Shown piece by piece: positions 45,597-57,425 of a DNA stretch of 64,000 nt. The stretch lies in the IMG/VR virus record IMGVR_UViG_3300037307_000895; one strand, given 5' to 3'. The DNA is from an uncultured virus (IMG/VR IMGVR_UViG_3300037307_000895). Taxonomy: Duplodnaviria > Heunggongvirae > Uroviricota > Caudoviricetes. Position 1 is the first letter of the stretch. Every line of letters starts with the position of its first letter. The translations under genes were made by a program, and so were the position numbers. The notes beneath the pieces were generated by a model, which did not search any database, was not told where the DNA came from, and saw only the letters and a program-made list of their open reading frames with translations.

Positions 45597-47669
45597 ATGG
45601 GTAAAGTTACAATTACAGTCGATTGTGAGGATGGTTCAATATATGGACTACAAGGTCCTCAAGGATTACAAGGATCACAAGATGGGGCGGGAAATCAGGG
45701 AAATCAGGGATTACAAGGTCCAGGAGGAAGCACATCAACAGGAGTTCAAGGAAATCAGGGATTACAAGGAAGTGGTTCCTCAGGAAGTCAAGGACCTCAA
45801 GGGAATAATGGATTACAAGGTCCATCCGGAAGCGGTCAAGGAACACAAGGATTACAAGGTCCTATTGGTCCAGCTAGAAATGGATCAGGAAATGGGATTT
45901 TTGAAGTCGGATGGATAAATGTGGCTGATTATGGAGCAATTGGTGGTGCTGATTCGACATTAGCATTTAAACAAGCTGTCCAGGCTGCCATAGATAATGG
46001 TTATCATAAAATTTGGATTCCTGCTTCTACAGATCCCTATATTATTAAAGAAACTATAAAGTTTCCAGGTAATTTCAGAGCATGGGTTGTTAAAGGAGCT
46101 GGTAATGCAGATGGTGGTGCTGTAGAAAAAAGAACTAAACTTTTATGGCAAGCTAAGCAAGGAGCCTGTTTGAATTTCGTAGCTACTAGACTTGGTTATA
46201 TCGCAGACTTTGAAATAGAGGGAGAAAATGATAAACCATATGATGTAGTTGAGAAATATAGAAATAAAGCAGAAGTTTGGAATCCTCAATTCTGGGTTAA
46301 AGATGGATATTCCATAGATAGAAATGCTGCATATTCAGGTATAGCCTTTGATGAAAATCAAACCTCCCCTCCATGGGCTGCTCAAACTCAAATAGAAAGA
46401 GTAAAAATTACAAAATGTGTAGTAGGTTTTAACATTAGTTCGACTCAAGGGAGTCAACAAGCAGATACAATATGGTTAAAAGATACAAAGGTTGAAAACT
46501 GTGTATACGGATATGCTATAAACCAAGACCAGTGTAGAGCTATTACAATTGAAAATGCATGGGTTAATAATTGTTACTCTGCCTTTACAAATAATAAGTT
46601 TGGAGATGGTCAAGGTTCAGCATTTAATGTATTTGGAGGTCAATTTACTACTTGTTTTAAATTATTTGAATGTACAGAAGCTTATGCAGGACAATGTTCT
46701 ATTAATGGTATATTTGCAGAAGCTTGCGGAATATTAGGGGCATGGCAACCATTTGGTATAAATGAAAACCCTGTTGTATTTACAGCTTGTGAATTTGGAC
46801 TAGATAATAACGCATGGGAAGATGATTCTAGTCTACACTGGGTTACTCCTCTCGTAACTTATGAAGGAAGTGGTATTAACGATACATTCATAGGATGTAA
46901 GTTCCGTTCACAAAAAGATATTTTAGGTTTTGCTGGTGGTACATTTATTAATACTCAATTTACGGAGCTAAATAATTTATTTTTCTCTGTTCCTTTAGAT
47001 GTATCAATACAGGGAAGATCTAGATTTAAAAATACAAAATTGAGATTTGAAGACCATATCGATTTACATGAATCTCATAAATGGTATGTTCGACCTGAAA
47101 TAAGAAATATAAGAGAGTATACTAATAATGAGAATGTTTACCCAAAATATAAAATCTACAATACAGAATCTCATTTAGGAACTTGGTATAATGTAACTTA
47201 TAGAATGTTACCAGATACAAATCCTGATACATTCACTTGGGACCTTCCACAAAATGAGGCTGAACAATTCCAATTGGGTGACTATATGAACGGATATGTA
47301 GGAAGTACTATGAAGATATCAGGAATGGGACTAAAATTTGGAGAAGCGTGGGTTCCAGCTTGGAAAGTAATTTCTAAAAATGGAAACTCTGTAACATTTA
47401 AGAAATCTGCGCCTGAAATAGAATCTAATGTTTCTGGAAAAGATAATCATTCTGGACAAGTATTTTCCGGAAACAAAGGATGGGTATGTGGTGTTCCCAT
47501 AGAGGTGATGGAAAGTGGTAAAGAAGTGTTTGTTAAAAACGGAAATAGGTTAGAAGTTGGAGATATATGTAATATCAATGGTCAATTAACGAGAGTAGTT
47601 TCTGTTGATGATAAAGTTAAGTTTGCTCATAATATAACAGAAGGATTTGTTAAAAGTGTGTCTTATTAA
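45597..47669 (+). CDS. collagen-like repeat plus pectate-lyase-like beta-helix protein (tail fibre/spike candidate)
   Basis: GxQ triplets; INVADYGAIGGADSTLAFKQA. Confidence 0.7.
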   Translation: MGKVTITVDCEDGSIYGLQGPQGLQGSQDGAGNQGNQGLQGPGGSTSTGVQGNQGLQGSGSSGSQGPQGNNGLQGPSGSGQGTQGLQGPIGPARNGSGNGIFEVGWINVADYGAIGGADSTLAFKQAVQAAIDNGYHKIWIPASTDPYIIKETIKFPGNFRAWVVKGAGNADGGAVEKRTKLLWQAKQGACLNFVATRLGYIADFEIEGENDKPYDVVEKYRNKAEVWNPQFWVKDGYSIDRNAAYSGIAFDENQTSPPWAAQTQIERVKITKCVVGFNISSTQGSQQADTIWLKDTKVENCVYGYAINQDQCRAITIENAWVNNCYSAFTNNKFGDGQGSAFNVFGGQFTTCFKLFECTEAYAGQCSINGIFAEACGILGAWQPFGINENPVVFTACEFGLDNNAWEDDSSLHWVTPLVTYEGSGINDTFIGCKFRSQKDILGFAGGTFINTQFTELNNLFFSVPLDVSIQGRSRFKNTKLRFEDHIDLHESHKWYVRPEIRNIREYTNNENVYPKYKIYNTESHLGTWYNVTYRMLPDTNPDTFTWDLPQNEAEQFQLGDYMNGYVGSTMKISGMGLKFGEAWVPAWKVISKNGNSVTFKKSAPEIESNVSGKDNHSGQVFSGNKGWVCGVPIEVMESGKEVFVKNGNRLEVGDICNINGQLTRVVSVDDKVKFAHNITEGFVKSVSY

Positions 47670-47704
47670 AAAAGGGGGTCATCAAAAAGATGACCCCCTT
47701 TTTT
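47668..47704. terminator. intrinsic terminator
   Basis: AAAAAGGGGGTCATC-aaaaa-GATGACCCCCTTTTTT. Confidence 0.8.
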
Positions 47705-47750
47705 AATTTACTTTTATTATATTTGAAAATTATTATTAATATATAAATAC

Positions 47751-48659
47751 ATGAATCATTTAATGAAGTTTGAGGAAATTAAATGGAATAAAATTAAAAC
47801 AAAAGTTTCTAATTTATTTTCACCTGAAATAGATAAAAAATTTAGAGAAGTTGTATCTAAATTAAATATCAATGGCGTTAAATTTGAACAACAAGAACAA
47901 AATAATAGAGATTATATCAATTATAAATCCATTATAAATATTGATGTTCCAATAGATGGGTATGAAAAATCGATATTATGGATAACAAAAAGATTAAATA
48001 TTATATCAATTTCATTAAATACCGAATTTAAAGAATCTAGTATAGTAGGCAAAATTTTACACGGACCGCGTGTAAAAAATATTTATTCTCATAATATAAA
48101 ATATAATCATAATACAAAGCGACCTTATATATCTTTTAAAACAGATTTTGTAAATATAAATAATGATATTAAAGTAGATGAACTAAAGAAAATTATAGTA
48201 AATAATATAAATACCATTATTAACCAAAATTGGAATGAAGTTAAAAAAGATTTAAATAAAGCATCAGTCTTAATAGATGAACATAATAGAAATTTAGAAG
48301 AAAAGAATAGAAAAGGTAAAGAATTAGTTAGTAAATCAAATGAAATATCAGACTTATTAATATCTTTAGAGGATATTAGTAAATCAGTTAAAAAGGAATC
48401 TAAAGATGGATTCCTATCTTTTACTTATGAGATACCTGGAATAATAGTAGAGCCAACCGAATATAGCAAATCTTCACTTTATAGATATTCAACTGCTAGG
48501 TTTACGAATGATGTATCTAAATTTATATTAACGGATGAACTATTTGATGTTATGGATGCTATAAAATCCTTTAAAAATAAAGTTAGGGATGAAATACTTG
48601 ATTCTAAAATTAAGATTCATTTTAAAAATAATTTTGTTACTATAATTTTTATTCTATAA
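47751..48659 (+). CDS. hypothetical protein (MNHLMKFEE start)
   Basis: ORF track; TAATATATA upstream. Confidence 0.6.
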   Translation: MNHLMKFEEIKWNKIKTKVSNLFSPEIDKKFREVVSKLNINGVKFEQQEQNNRDYINYKSIINIDVPIDGYEKSILWITKRLNIISISLNTEFKESSIVGKILHGPRVKNIYSHNIKYNHNTKRPYISFKTDFVNINNDIKVDELKKIIVNNINTIINQNWNEVKKDLNKASVLIDEHNRNLEEKNRKGKELVSKSNEISDLLISLEDISKSVKKESKDGFLSFTYEIPGIIVEPTEYSKSSLYRYSTARFTNDVSKFILTDELFDVMDAIKSFKNKVRDEILDSKIKIHFKNNFVTIIFIL

Positions 48660-48669
48660 CTTTATTATT

Positions 48670-49235
48670 ATGTTAAAGATATTTAAAGTTACATTTAATG
48701 ATGGAGGATGGCATTCAGGATCTCTCCCAAGTTTTTTTCAAGTTGCAGAAACCAAAGAGGATGCTATAGAAATAGTAAAGTCGGTGGAAACTCATTACAA
48801 AGGTTGGGATTGTTGGGCAACTGAATTCAAGATAGAGGGATATATAATAAAAGTGTATGATGAAAAGTCATTTGAACGTAATGAAAAGATTGATAAAATA
48901 CTCTAATCAATAGTATGAAGTGTATACGTTGCAACTATGAAATAAAACTTTTACATGAGGAAGAAAAAACTCATGAAGAATGTGTTTTTGAAAATCCTGA
49001 CAAAAGAATGTGGTTAAATGGGGTTGTTGGAACTATATCAGCGGGTTATGGATCAAATTGTGATGGAGATATTTTTACAATAGCTATATGTGATGACTGT
49101 ATTAGAAATTGTAAAGAACAAGGTATAATAGCATATACGGGAAATTATATGTTCAAAGGTGACGATATAAAAGAAGAAATTGATAAATATCGAAAATTAT
49201 GGAGACGCAATAATAATTTAGATGAATTATTATAA
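48670..49235 (+). CDS. two hypothetical proteins with C-terminal tag (48670-48906, 48915-49235)
   Basis: ERNEKIDKIL; RRNNNLDELL; the second has CxxC pairs. Confidence 0.55.
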
Positions 49236-51491
49236 CGGTTCTTTATTTATTTCTGTTCTAATGTAATTTGGATTAATTTGACTAAATGAATAATTTGGTA
49301 ATATCATTCTTGTATTAGCATTATCTGCAAATATTAAGTTTCTATAATCTTCACCTATAATATATTGGTTCAGTAACTTATTATGTTCAGATTCAGGAAT
49401 AACATCATTAAACAATCTGATGTTTGTCATCTTCATATCGCTTCCTAAGATAGACATATCGCCGTTTTCAATTTCAAATTCGACCGGGGTCATATCATTA
49501 ACTTGATATTTAACTAATTTTAATACAGTGCTATTTAATGTATTAGCATCTTCTTCGACATCGACATTCCTCTTGTATAACCATTGGTGTAACTTCCTTT
49601 GTCTCTGGTCAAAGTTAACAATATAAGAATACCATGTTTCTTCTATTAATGCATCGGCATTTCCTGAAACTCCTATTTCAAATCTATAGATGTCTTGATT
49701 AAGTGTTATAACGACATTATCTGCCTCTATGTTAATTTTAAATCCAATTGAATTAACATCATCATAGTATTGTATCAAATTATAAACATCATTAACCGTA
49801 TAATTATTGATATTAAACCATGAAAAATAACTAAAATTATCGGATACTGTGAAATACTTTCTGAAGTTTCTATAAATAACAGCTGGTTGTCCAAAATCAA
49901 CCATAGTTAAGTCATAGTTAGTTTTACTTATAATAGTAGTTGAGTTTTCTATTAGCTCCTTATTTATATCTACATTTATCTCTTGTCTTAGTACGTCTTG
50001 TGTTAGAGGCTTAAATTGCTCTTGATTCGCCACATCTTTCTTATCTAATTTGTTATCTATTCCAAACAATTCATCAATTGTAGAATTCTTAGTAAGTTCC
50101 TTAACTTTATCAGTAATAGTTTGGTTAACTCCAATAATATTGGATTTTTGAACATATTTTTTCAACATAACTTTCCAATATAATGAAGAATTATTAAAGC
50201 TTCTAAATTGTTGTGCGTGTTCAACTTGGAACATCCTATTTAATTCACAAAACCATAAGAAATCTTCTTTACTTGGTCTTTTTTCAACGCCAAATATTTG
50301 TTTAAATGTATCTTTAGGTATATGAACCTCAAAACTATCAAATAGAGATAAGTCAAATTGATTCATTACGATTTGATTGTCAGGAAAATTATTACCATCA
50401 ACAGATATCTTAATTAAATCACTACATACGTAATTATAAAGTTGATATTCGTGAAAAGTATAATCGATTCCTTTTTTATCTGGATCGGTTATAAAATAAA
50501 CAACCTCATGTCCAAACATTTGGTTAGCATCATTACTTAATTTATTTAAAAGTTCAACAGCTTGTGTTTGCTGATACGGCTTATATAAATTAGCTATTTC
50601 TTCTTGTGTTAGAGGAGCATTGTTATTATTACAGGTTGAAGAGGTAAGCATAGTTGAGTTACCAAGATTGCTCAGATTATTTATCTGATCTTGTGTAAGA
50701 GTAGAGGTATCACTAACAAAAGATAGTTTTAAACAATTACAATTTTCTCTTATTCCATGTAAATTTGTTTTTTGACCATCTAAAGTTACATTTTGGAAAT
50801 CTCCAATTAAATTTATATCGTTTATAGTTACTGATGAAGACCCATTATATTCTATTAGATATTCGATTTGGAAAAAACGAATTGGATTTATTTTAACTGT
50901 AGTTATATTTTCCTTAGTTAATGGTTCCCATTGTGTAACAGTTCTACCATAATCTTGAGAAAATCTATATTTAAATGAAGTATTATCAATATCACCATTT
51001 GAAAGAATTTCTAAATCTTCTATATTAAAAACCTTATAAATATATGGTGGTTTTATAATAGCTGAATTGTTTGAAGGTGATAATACTGAAGTGCCTGAAG
51101 AAATATTCCTTTCTAAATATCCTTCTAATATATAATCAGTCAATTTTATTGTACCAATATTCGATGTTCCAGATCTTACCCATTTAATATCTATATACAT
51201 TTTATCTTTTGGATCAAATGGTGGAAAATTATTTATTTCTGATTCTAAACTTAACCATTCTGTCCATGCATTTGAATCTCTAGAAACTCTATAATATGTT
51301 TCTAAATATCTACTATTATTTGAACCATAACTATTATAATCAAATTTTTTGAATTTTTCTACTGATTCTAGATCAATAAAAGACATAACATACTCATTAC
51401 CAATATCATTAAATTCTGGAGCAGTCTCTAATGGGTAACTATCTGATATTTTAATTGTTCCATTTACTTTGTTTGCCTCTATAGTGTACAT
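49230..51491 (-). CDS. virion structural protein with T4 gp14-like neck domain
   Basis: QMFGHEVVYF..FEVHIPKDTF..RPSKEDFLWF..RMFQVEH resembles the gp14 neck fold; C-terminal LamG-like region. Confidence 0.55.
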   Translation of the reverse strand: MYTIEANKVNGTIKISDSYPLETAPEFNDIGNEYVMSFIDLESVEKFKKFDYNSYGSNNSRYLETYYRVSRDSNAWTEWLSLESEINNFPPFDPKDKMYIDIKWVRSGTSNIGTIKLTDYILEGYLERNISSGTSVLSPSNNSAIIKPPYIYKVFNIEDLEILSNGDIDNTSFKYRFSQDYGRTVTQWEPLTKENITTVKINPIRFFQIEYLIEYNGSSSVTINDINLIGDFQNVTLDGQKTNLHGIRENCNCLKLSFVSDTSTLTQDQINNLSNLGNSTMLTSSTCNNNNAPLTQEEIANLYKPYQQTQAVELLNKLSNDANQMFGHEVVYFITDPDKKGIDYTFHEYQLYNYVCSDLIKISVDGNNFPDNQIVMNQFDLSLFDSFEVHIPKDTFKQIFGVEKRPSKEDFLWFCELNRMFQVEHAQQFRSFNNSSLYWKVMLKKYVQKSNIIGVNQTITDKVKELTKNSTIDELFGIDNKLDKKDVANQEQFKPLTQDVLRQEINVDINKELIENSTTIISKTNYDLTMVDFGQPAVIYRNFRKYFTVSDNFSYFSWFNINNYTVNDVYNLIQYYDDVNSIGFKINIEADNVVITLNQDIYRFEIGVSGNADALIEETWYSYIVNFDQRQRKLHQWLYKRNVDVEEDANTLNSTVLKLVKYQVNDMTPVEFEIENGDMSILGSDMKMTNIRLFNDVIPESEHNKLLNQYIIGEDYRNLIFADNANTRMILPNYSFSQINPNYIRTEINKEPL

Positions 51492-51543
51492 ATAAATCTA
51501 TATATTAAAAAACATTATCGTTACATTTTCGTATATTTGTAGT

Positions 51544-51783
51544 ATGAAACTATATCCAAAAAAAGACTATAAAAATATGTTTGGTCAAATTATTTGGCAC
51601 AAAGAAAAAATATATGAGTGTTCATTACTATCAGAAAATGAAGATCCACTCAAATCTGATTATGTAGTAACTTGTGAACTCATTGGAAATGAGTATCCTA
51701 TAATGGAAATGTGTGAAATTTTAGAAAAATTTTACCTAGAAAGTGAAATAAGGGATAAAAAAATAAATAATTTTTTGGAATAA
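51544..51783 (+). CDS. hypothetical protein with C-terminal tag
   Basis: IRDKKINNFLE. Confidence 0.5.
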   Translation: MKLYPKKDYKNMFGQIIWHKEKIYECSLLSENEDPLKSDYVVTCELIGNEYPIMEMCEILEKFYLESEIRDKKINNFLE

Positions 51784-51814
51784 TTCTAAAAAGATAGTAT
51801 ATTTGTTAAAATAA

Positions 51815-53056
51815 TTGTGTATAATGGACATAAAAGAAACATTTTTAAAACTAACTAGTAGAACATACCCACACGGAACAGAAAAGGATTTAGATAATCT
51901 TTTGCCTGATTTTCTTGATATAGATGAGTTTGGCAACCGATTTATTAAAATTGGTGACTCCCCCACTTGTATGTTCACATCACATCTTGATACTGCCACA
52001 TCTACTAATGCTGATATCAACCATGTTTTTGATGGAAATATAGTTAAAACAGATGGAACTACTATATTAGGCGCAGATGATAAGGCAGGTGTAACTATTA
52101 TGCTTTATATGATTCAGAATGAAATTCCTGGTCTGTATTACTTTTTTCTTGGAGAAGAAGTTGGTTGTGTTGGATCAAGGGCTCTTTCCGCCAAAATAAA
52201 AAATAATAAAATCGAAGGCATTCAAAAAGTTATTTCTTTTGATAGAAGAGGTACTGATTCTGTCATTACATTCCAATCTAGTTCAAGATGTTGTTCAGAT
52301 AAATTTGGAGAAGCCTTGGCTAAAGAATTAAATAAAAATGTGTCTTTCAATTATAAAATTGACCCCACAGGTATATATACAGACTCAGCACAATTTACAA
52401 GAATTTATCCAGAGTGTACTAATATATCAGTAGGATATCGTTCGGAACATACATTTGCAGAAAGTCAGGATTTAGATCATCTTGAACAACTCGCAAGAAC
52501 TTGTTTAATTGTCGATTGGGAAAATCTCCCTGTTGAGAGAGATCCTAGTGTCTATGAAAGTAGATATAGTGGATATGGATATGGTGGTTATTGGGATAGT
52601 GAATGGGAAGAATATTATGGATGGAACTCACTTTCTAACGATAGGAGACAATCTTATGGTAGCTCTTATACTCCTGGTAGAGTATACAAACCAGAACCGC
52701 CTAAAGATGAATCATTTTATTTCATGGATGATGAATTTGATAATTATATTTCTTCAGTAAAAATTAATTCATTAACTAAAAAATTAATTGCGGTTGATTT
52801 TTCTAATGAACGCCTTGAAGAAGAAAAAACCACAATTATTGATTTCTTAGACTCATTAGAAGTTGATTATAAAGAAGTAAAATGGGATGGATATAAATTA
52901 GTCGTTCTACATGATGTTCATCAAGGTGGACATAAAACAGAAGCTGATAGAGAAGAACTAGCTGAATTCCTTCACTCACTAGATTTCTGGAGAAAAGAAA
53001 TTGAAAGTGATTATAAAGGAAATCATTGGTCCTACGAAGGAGAAAAAATATTCTAA
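51815..53056 (+). CDS. M20/M28-family zinc peptidase-like protein
   Basis: SHLDT, LGADDKAG, GEEVGCVGS, SFDRRG, GY.SEHT..E. Confidence 0.82.
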   Translation: MCIMDIKETFLKLTSRTYPHGTEKDLDNLLPDFLDIDEFGNRFIKIGDSPTCMFTSHLDTATSTNADINHVFDGNIVKTDGTTILGADDKAGVTIMLYMIQNEIPGLYYFFLGEEVGCVGSRALSAKIKNNKIEGIQKVISFDRRGTDSVITFQSSSRCCSDKFGEALAKELNKNVSFNYKIDPTGIYTDSAQFTRIYPECTNISVGYRSEHTFAESQDLDHLEQLARTCLIVDWENLPVERDPSVYESRYSGYGYGGYWDSEWEEYYGWNSLSNDRRQSYGSSYTPGRVYKPEPPKDESFYFMDDEFDNYISSVKINSLTKKLIAVDFSNERLEEEKTTIIDFLDSLEVDYKEVKWDGYKLVVLHDVHQGGHKTEADREELAEFLHSLDFWRKEIESDYKGNHWSYEGEKIF

Positions 53057-53129
53057 TCTAACCCCCCTTTGATAAGGGGGTTTTATTTAAAGTTTAATTT
53101 TAATATATACATTAAAATTAAACTTTCAC

Positions 53130-54269
53130 ATGGCATCTTGTTCATCTTCAATATTTGGATCTTCTTCTCAAGGAACTATTAAAATAGTAGGTTCAGATGT
53201 TATTGCAGTAATGGGTTCTGAAACTATGGAAAAATTAGGACTAGGTGACCTAAGAATACCATATAAACAAATATTAAAAAGTAGAATTCTATTAAAAGAA
53301 GGTCAAACAAATTATCTACTCAATCATCTTGGATTGGGTGATAATGCGACATTACTTATCATTAAAGCTATATATAATTCAAAATCGGTTAATGAACCAG
53401 ATAATTATATTCAATACTCATATTATGATGATTTAACCAAATCATATTATATGGGTCAATTATTAATTTTAAGTGGAAATTCAACACACAGAATTCCTCA
53501 ATTATATTTAACAAATCCTAATACTAAATATCCTGTTAGTTTAGAAGTTATGGTGGCTGTCATTGATGATACTTATACTTATTTCAATGATACAGTTAAT
53601 CAATCAGGAACATCCTTTGTCAACTTAGAATATACTGACATAAAAACACATATCGTTGATGAAACAATAATGATAGTGGATTCTAATTCCAATCCTCTAA
53701 TTTATTTAACACTATCAGATATACAATCAATTGAAAAATCAGGAACAATATTAATTTTAGATGACTCATCTTTAGGAACAATATTTTTACAATTCAAAAC
53801 TGAATATGATGCAGATCAAGCTAATTCTTTATTGAATTATGTTCTAAACAATAGTAATGTTAACTTAAACACACTATCCCCTCTTGAAGATGATGTTGTT
53901 CCGATTATATACTTTAATAGTGATGTTAGTGGAAATTGGATTTCATTTAATGGTTCTACAGCTGGGGTTCCTTATAACACAAGTAATGGTTTAACATTCT
54001 CAGTTGACATACCATATTCAATATTTGGAACTGCATCAATTAGTATAAATTCATTACAATTATTGGATGTATTAGTAGACTATAGTGAAGATAATAGAGA
54101 TGGTATAATTGTAATGACTAGTTCAAATGTTTATTTAACTTCAACATCATCGGGTACTGTTTCGGTTATATCAGCAACAGGTTCTTATCAATACAAATTT
54201 AACTTATCTGATATAGCGGGTAATGTTGTTGATGCTAATACTGTAGTTAATATAAACATTATAGATTAA
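53130..54269 (+). CDS. putative virion structural protein
   Basis: Ser/Thr-rich, TAATATATA upstream, C-terminal SDIAGN. Confidence 0.5.
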   Translation: MASCSSSIFGSSSQGTIKIVGSDVIAVMGSETMEKLGLGDLRIPYKQILKSRILLKEGQTNYLLNHLGLGDNATLLIIKAIYNSKSVNEPDNYIQYSYYDDLTKSYYMGQLLILSGNSTHRIPQLYLTNPNTKYPVSLEVMVAVIDDTYTYFNDTVNQSGTSFVNLEYTDIKTHIVDETIMIVDSNSNPLIYLTLSDIQSIEKSGTILILDDSSLGTIFLQFKTEYDADQANSLLNYVLNNSNVNLNTLSPLEDDVVPIIYFNSDVSGNWISFNGSTAGVPYNTSNGLTFSVDIPYSIFGTASISINSLQLLDVLVDYSEDNRDGIIVMTSSNVYLTSTSSGTVSVISATGSYQYKFNLSDIAGNVVDANTVVNINIID

Positions 54270-54284
54270 AAATAAACAATTAAA

Positions 54285-55097
54285 ATGGCATATACATGGA
54301 ATACATTTTTAAAACCATTATCAGTTGACGATAGAGTAATTCAAATATTAGACAAAACAGGTAAAATAAAATTTACCATAGATCCATTTTCAATAATTAA
54401 TGTTTCTATTTCGAATAATTTGATAAAAATAAACTTTAAAAATGATTCCATTTCGATTGCTTTTTCTTCAACAAATGAGTCAAAATCTGCACTTCCATTA
54501 TTACAAGAACAGATAATATCATTAAAAGAAAAAAATCCATTATATGTAGATAAAAAAATGGAGAATTATGTAGATTCACAAAATTTACAAGGGCCTCAAG
54601 GATTTCAAGGTAACCAAGGATTAGAAGGATTTCAAGGTAACCAAGGATTAGAAGGATTTCAAGGCAATCAAGGTAAAGATGGTTTACAAGGTAATCAAGG
54701 ATGGCAAGGCAATGCTGGTACTGGTACACAAGGTAATCAAGGTATTGGTTCTAATAATATTGTTAAATATTTTCCATCATTTTATGATGGAGGTGTAAAT
54801 AGTTTCACTATACCAGATACACAAAATGATTTTGTTTATGTATTTTTATCATGGGATGATATGTCAGGTTCCGTACCTACACAAATTCAAATAATTGTTC
54901 CTTCTTATAATCAGGTAAAGGAAAACCAAATTATTTATATAATTAATAAATCAATTGATCTTTCAGGTTGTAGTTTAGAAATAATAGTTAGTCTAAGTTT
55001 TGGTGTCTCCACTACAAATGATTTTGTAATGAATAGCACTAAAATTATATATGCAACATTAATGAATGCTGATGGATGGACTTACATAACAAATTAA
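54285..55097 (+). CDS. collagen-like repeat protein
   Basis: (GxQ/E)n with 27-nt tandem repeats at ~54600-54670. Confidence 0.65.
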   Translation: MAYTWNTFLKPLSVDDRVIQILDKTGKIKFTIDPFSIINVSISNNLIKINFKNDSISIAFSSTNESKSALPLLQEQIISLKEKNPLYVDKKMENYVDSQNLQGPQGFQGNQGLEGFQGNQGLEGFQGNQGKDGLQGNQGWQGNAGTGTQGNQGIGSNNIVKYFPSFYDGGVNSFTIPDTQNDFVYVFLSWDDMSGSVPTQIQIIVPSYNQVKENQIIYIINKSIDLSGCSLEIIVSLSFGVSTTNDFVMNSTKIIYATLMNADGWTYITN

Positions 55098-56826
55098 AAA
55101 TTATGTTTCATAAAAAGAAATATTATTATACTAACCAGAAAATAATAATAAGAAAAAACCTATTATTGGGCCAAATAGTTAAATTATTGCCTAATAATAG
55201 GTTTCTTGTTTCATACTATGAAAACAATAAATTCAAATATGACGTAATTGATAAAAATGGTATTGTTGATGATGATGAATATGAAATCATAAAAAACCGA
55301 ATCAACACCATAAATAAGATAATAAATTAGTAAAAAATGTAACATCATGATATACATTACTATATAATTATTACTTAAATTTTTTGGTTATAACTTTAAT
55401 TTAATTTATATTTGTTATAAATCTATGTTATTATGACTATACGATTGAACAAATCTACTAAGCTTAACTTAAAAAGGCATATAATATTCAAAATAAATTA
55501 TTATATTTATATCTATAAAAATAAATATGATATTCAATCTATATACTTTAATAGTCCTATTGATGGAATAGAATATTTTAATTCTAGACCTTATAATACG
55601 AATACCGAAAAATATTTAATCGATTGGGAACAGGCACAAGGATCTACTTTAGTTAAGATATTAAATTGTTTAAAATCAAAAGATTTTTACGGATATTGTA
55701 AAACAACTGAAGGAAAATTAGTAAAAATTATACCTAAAAAAGATAAAAATGAACTTAAAAACTAATTATATTTATTCAATTGAGTATGAAACTCAAGGTA
55801 CTTATGATTGTGAAAATCATGGATGTCGTGATGAAGGTATTTGTCGTTGCTACAAAATTTACAATGTTGAAATCTCAAAAATAGATGTTTTGTCTATTAC
55901 AATGGATATCTATTCACAAATTTATAACACTAAATCAAAACAATATAAAAGGGATAATAAATTAAATAAAATATTATTTGGGTTCGATTCGGATATCGAA
56001 ATATATTGTATTGATAGAGTTTTAAGAAATCATAAAATTTATAATACAGACCTTTGGGAAGGTAATTGGAGTAGTGGATATTATGGTGATGAATTGGATT
56101 CTATTACATTAAATAGTGGTGTTTTTAATAAAATAATAGAATCCTTGTCTACTCTTACTACTTTAGGAACATTAAAAGAAAAAATTGAATATGTTTTAAA
56201 TGGTGAATATGGATATTTATTAGATGTTTTAAAAAATAAAAAATATCGTGTAGAAAAAGTTAAAACAAGTGATATTGTTTTTGCACAAACCGAATATCAT
56301 AAAAAAATTGATAAAAATTTAAATTTTTACGATGATTCGAAATATGATTTAATAAGAGGAGTTTGCCTACTTAATGATGATAAATATAAAGTAGTAGATG
56401 GATACCACAGATTGACTAATACCAAAAAAAATGATGTTAAAATAATAGTAGCTTATGATTAATATAAACTCTATAACTGAATCGAATGAATATTTAGATT
56501 ATTTTATTAATCTAAATGAAAAAGAAAAATCCGAATTGATTGATGTTTGGATAGAAAAAATGAACAGTAATAATCATAATAATTATGAACTACTAACATT
56601 TTTTAGAATCACTGAACATCTTGGAGTAGATACAACTGATAATGTTTTAGAGACTATAAATTTTTTAGACGATTCTATTGATGAACTAGATTCACTTATT
56701 GATTGGATACTAGATAAATATATACCAGGTAATGGTAGACAAGAAAATTTATTACAGGAAATATCATCTAAAATTGAAGAATGTAAATATCTATCCAACT
56801 TTTATAAAGAAAAGGTAATAAACTAA
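55076..56826 (+). CDS. hypothetical proteins (55076-55330, 55433-55765, 55749-56462 with ParB-like VVDGYHRL, 56455-56826)
   Basis: ORF track. Confidence 0.5.
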
Positions 56827-56851
56827 TAATCAAAAATTAAATAAAAATAAA

Positions 56852-57421
56852 ATGGTATCAAATAGAGAAACAAAATATAAAGGTCATTTTAAAGTTGATG
56901 AATTAACCGTAAAAACCAGAAATGGTAAAGAAGTAAAAAGGGAAGTCATGGTAAGAAAAGATGCAGTGGCTTCGGTTGTTTACGACACCGATAAAAATAA
57001 ATTCATATTTGTCAGCCAATGGAGACCAGGTTCAAATACAGAAATTATTGAATTAGTTGCTGGAACATTAGATGTTCCTGGTGAAGACCCAAGGGATGCA
57101 ATGAAAAGAGAGATTGATGAAGAAATTGGATATAAGACAGATCATATTCATTTAATTGATGAATGTTATATGTCGCCAGGTGGAACTACAGAAATTATTA
57201 GTATCTATTATTCTGAAGTTTCCGAAAAATTACATGATGGTGGTGGATTAGAAAATGAGGATATTGATATAATCGAAATGTCCTTACAAGAACTCTTGAC
57301 AACCAGGTTTAAAGATGCCAAAACTATAATTGGGGTCAATTACATTAGAGAAAATAAAGGAAAATTTTTAGTACGAATGGGTGACCAAAAATATGGATTT
57401 GGTAATAAAAAAATAGATTAA
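56852..57421 (+). CDS. Nudix hydrolase, ADP-ribose pyrophosphatase-like
   Basis: ELVAGTLD.PGEDPRDAMKREIDEEIGY; SPGG.TE; DAKT. Confidence 0.88.
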   Translation: MVSNRETKYKGHFKVDELTVKTRNGKEVKREVMVRKDAVASVVYDTDKNKFIFVSQWRPGSNTEIIELVAGTLDVPGEDPRDAMKREIDEEIGYKTDHIHLIDECYMSPGGTTEIISIYYSEVSEKLHDGGGLENEDIDIIEMSLQELLTTRFKDAKTIIGVNYIRENKGKFLVRMGDQKYGFGNKKID

Positions 57422-57425
57422 TTAT

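Noticed and set aside
45640..54745. Short tandem repeats (CAAGGA/GGTAACCAAGGA) as a CRISPR array
   Set aside because: They are in-frame collagen-like Gly-X-Gln codons with no repeat-spacer structure; no CRISPR array was seen in the window
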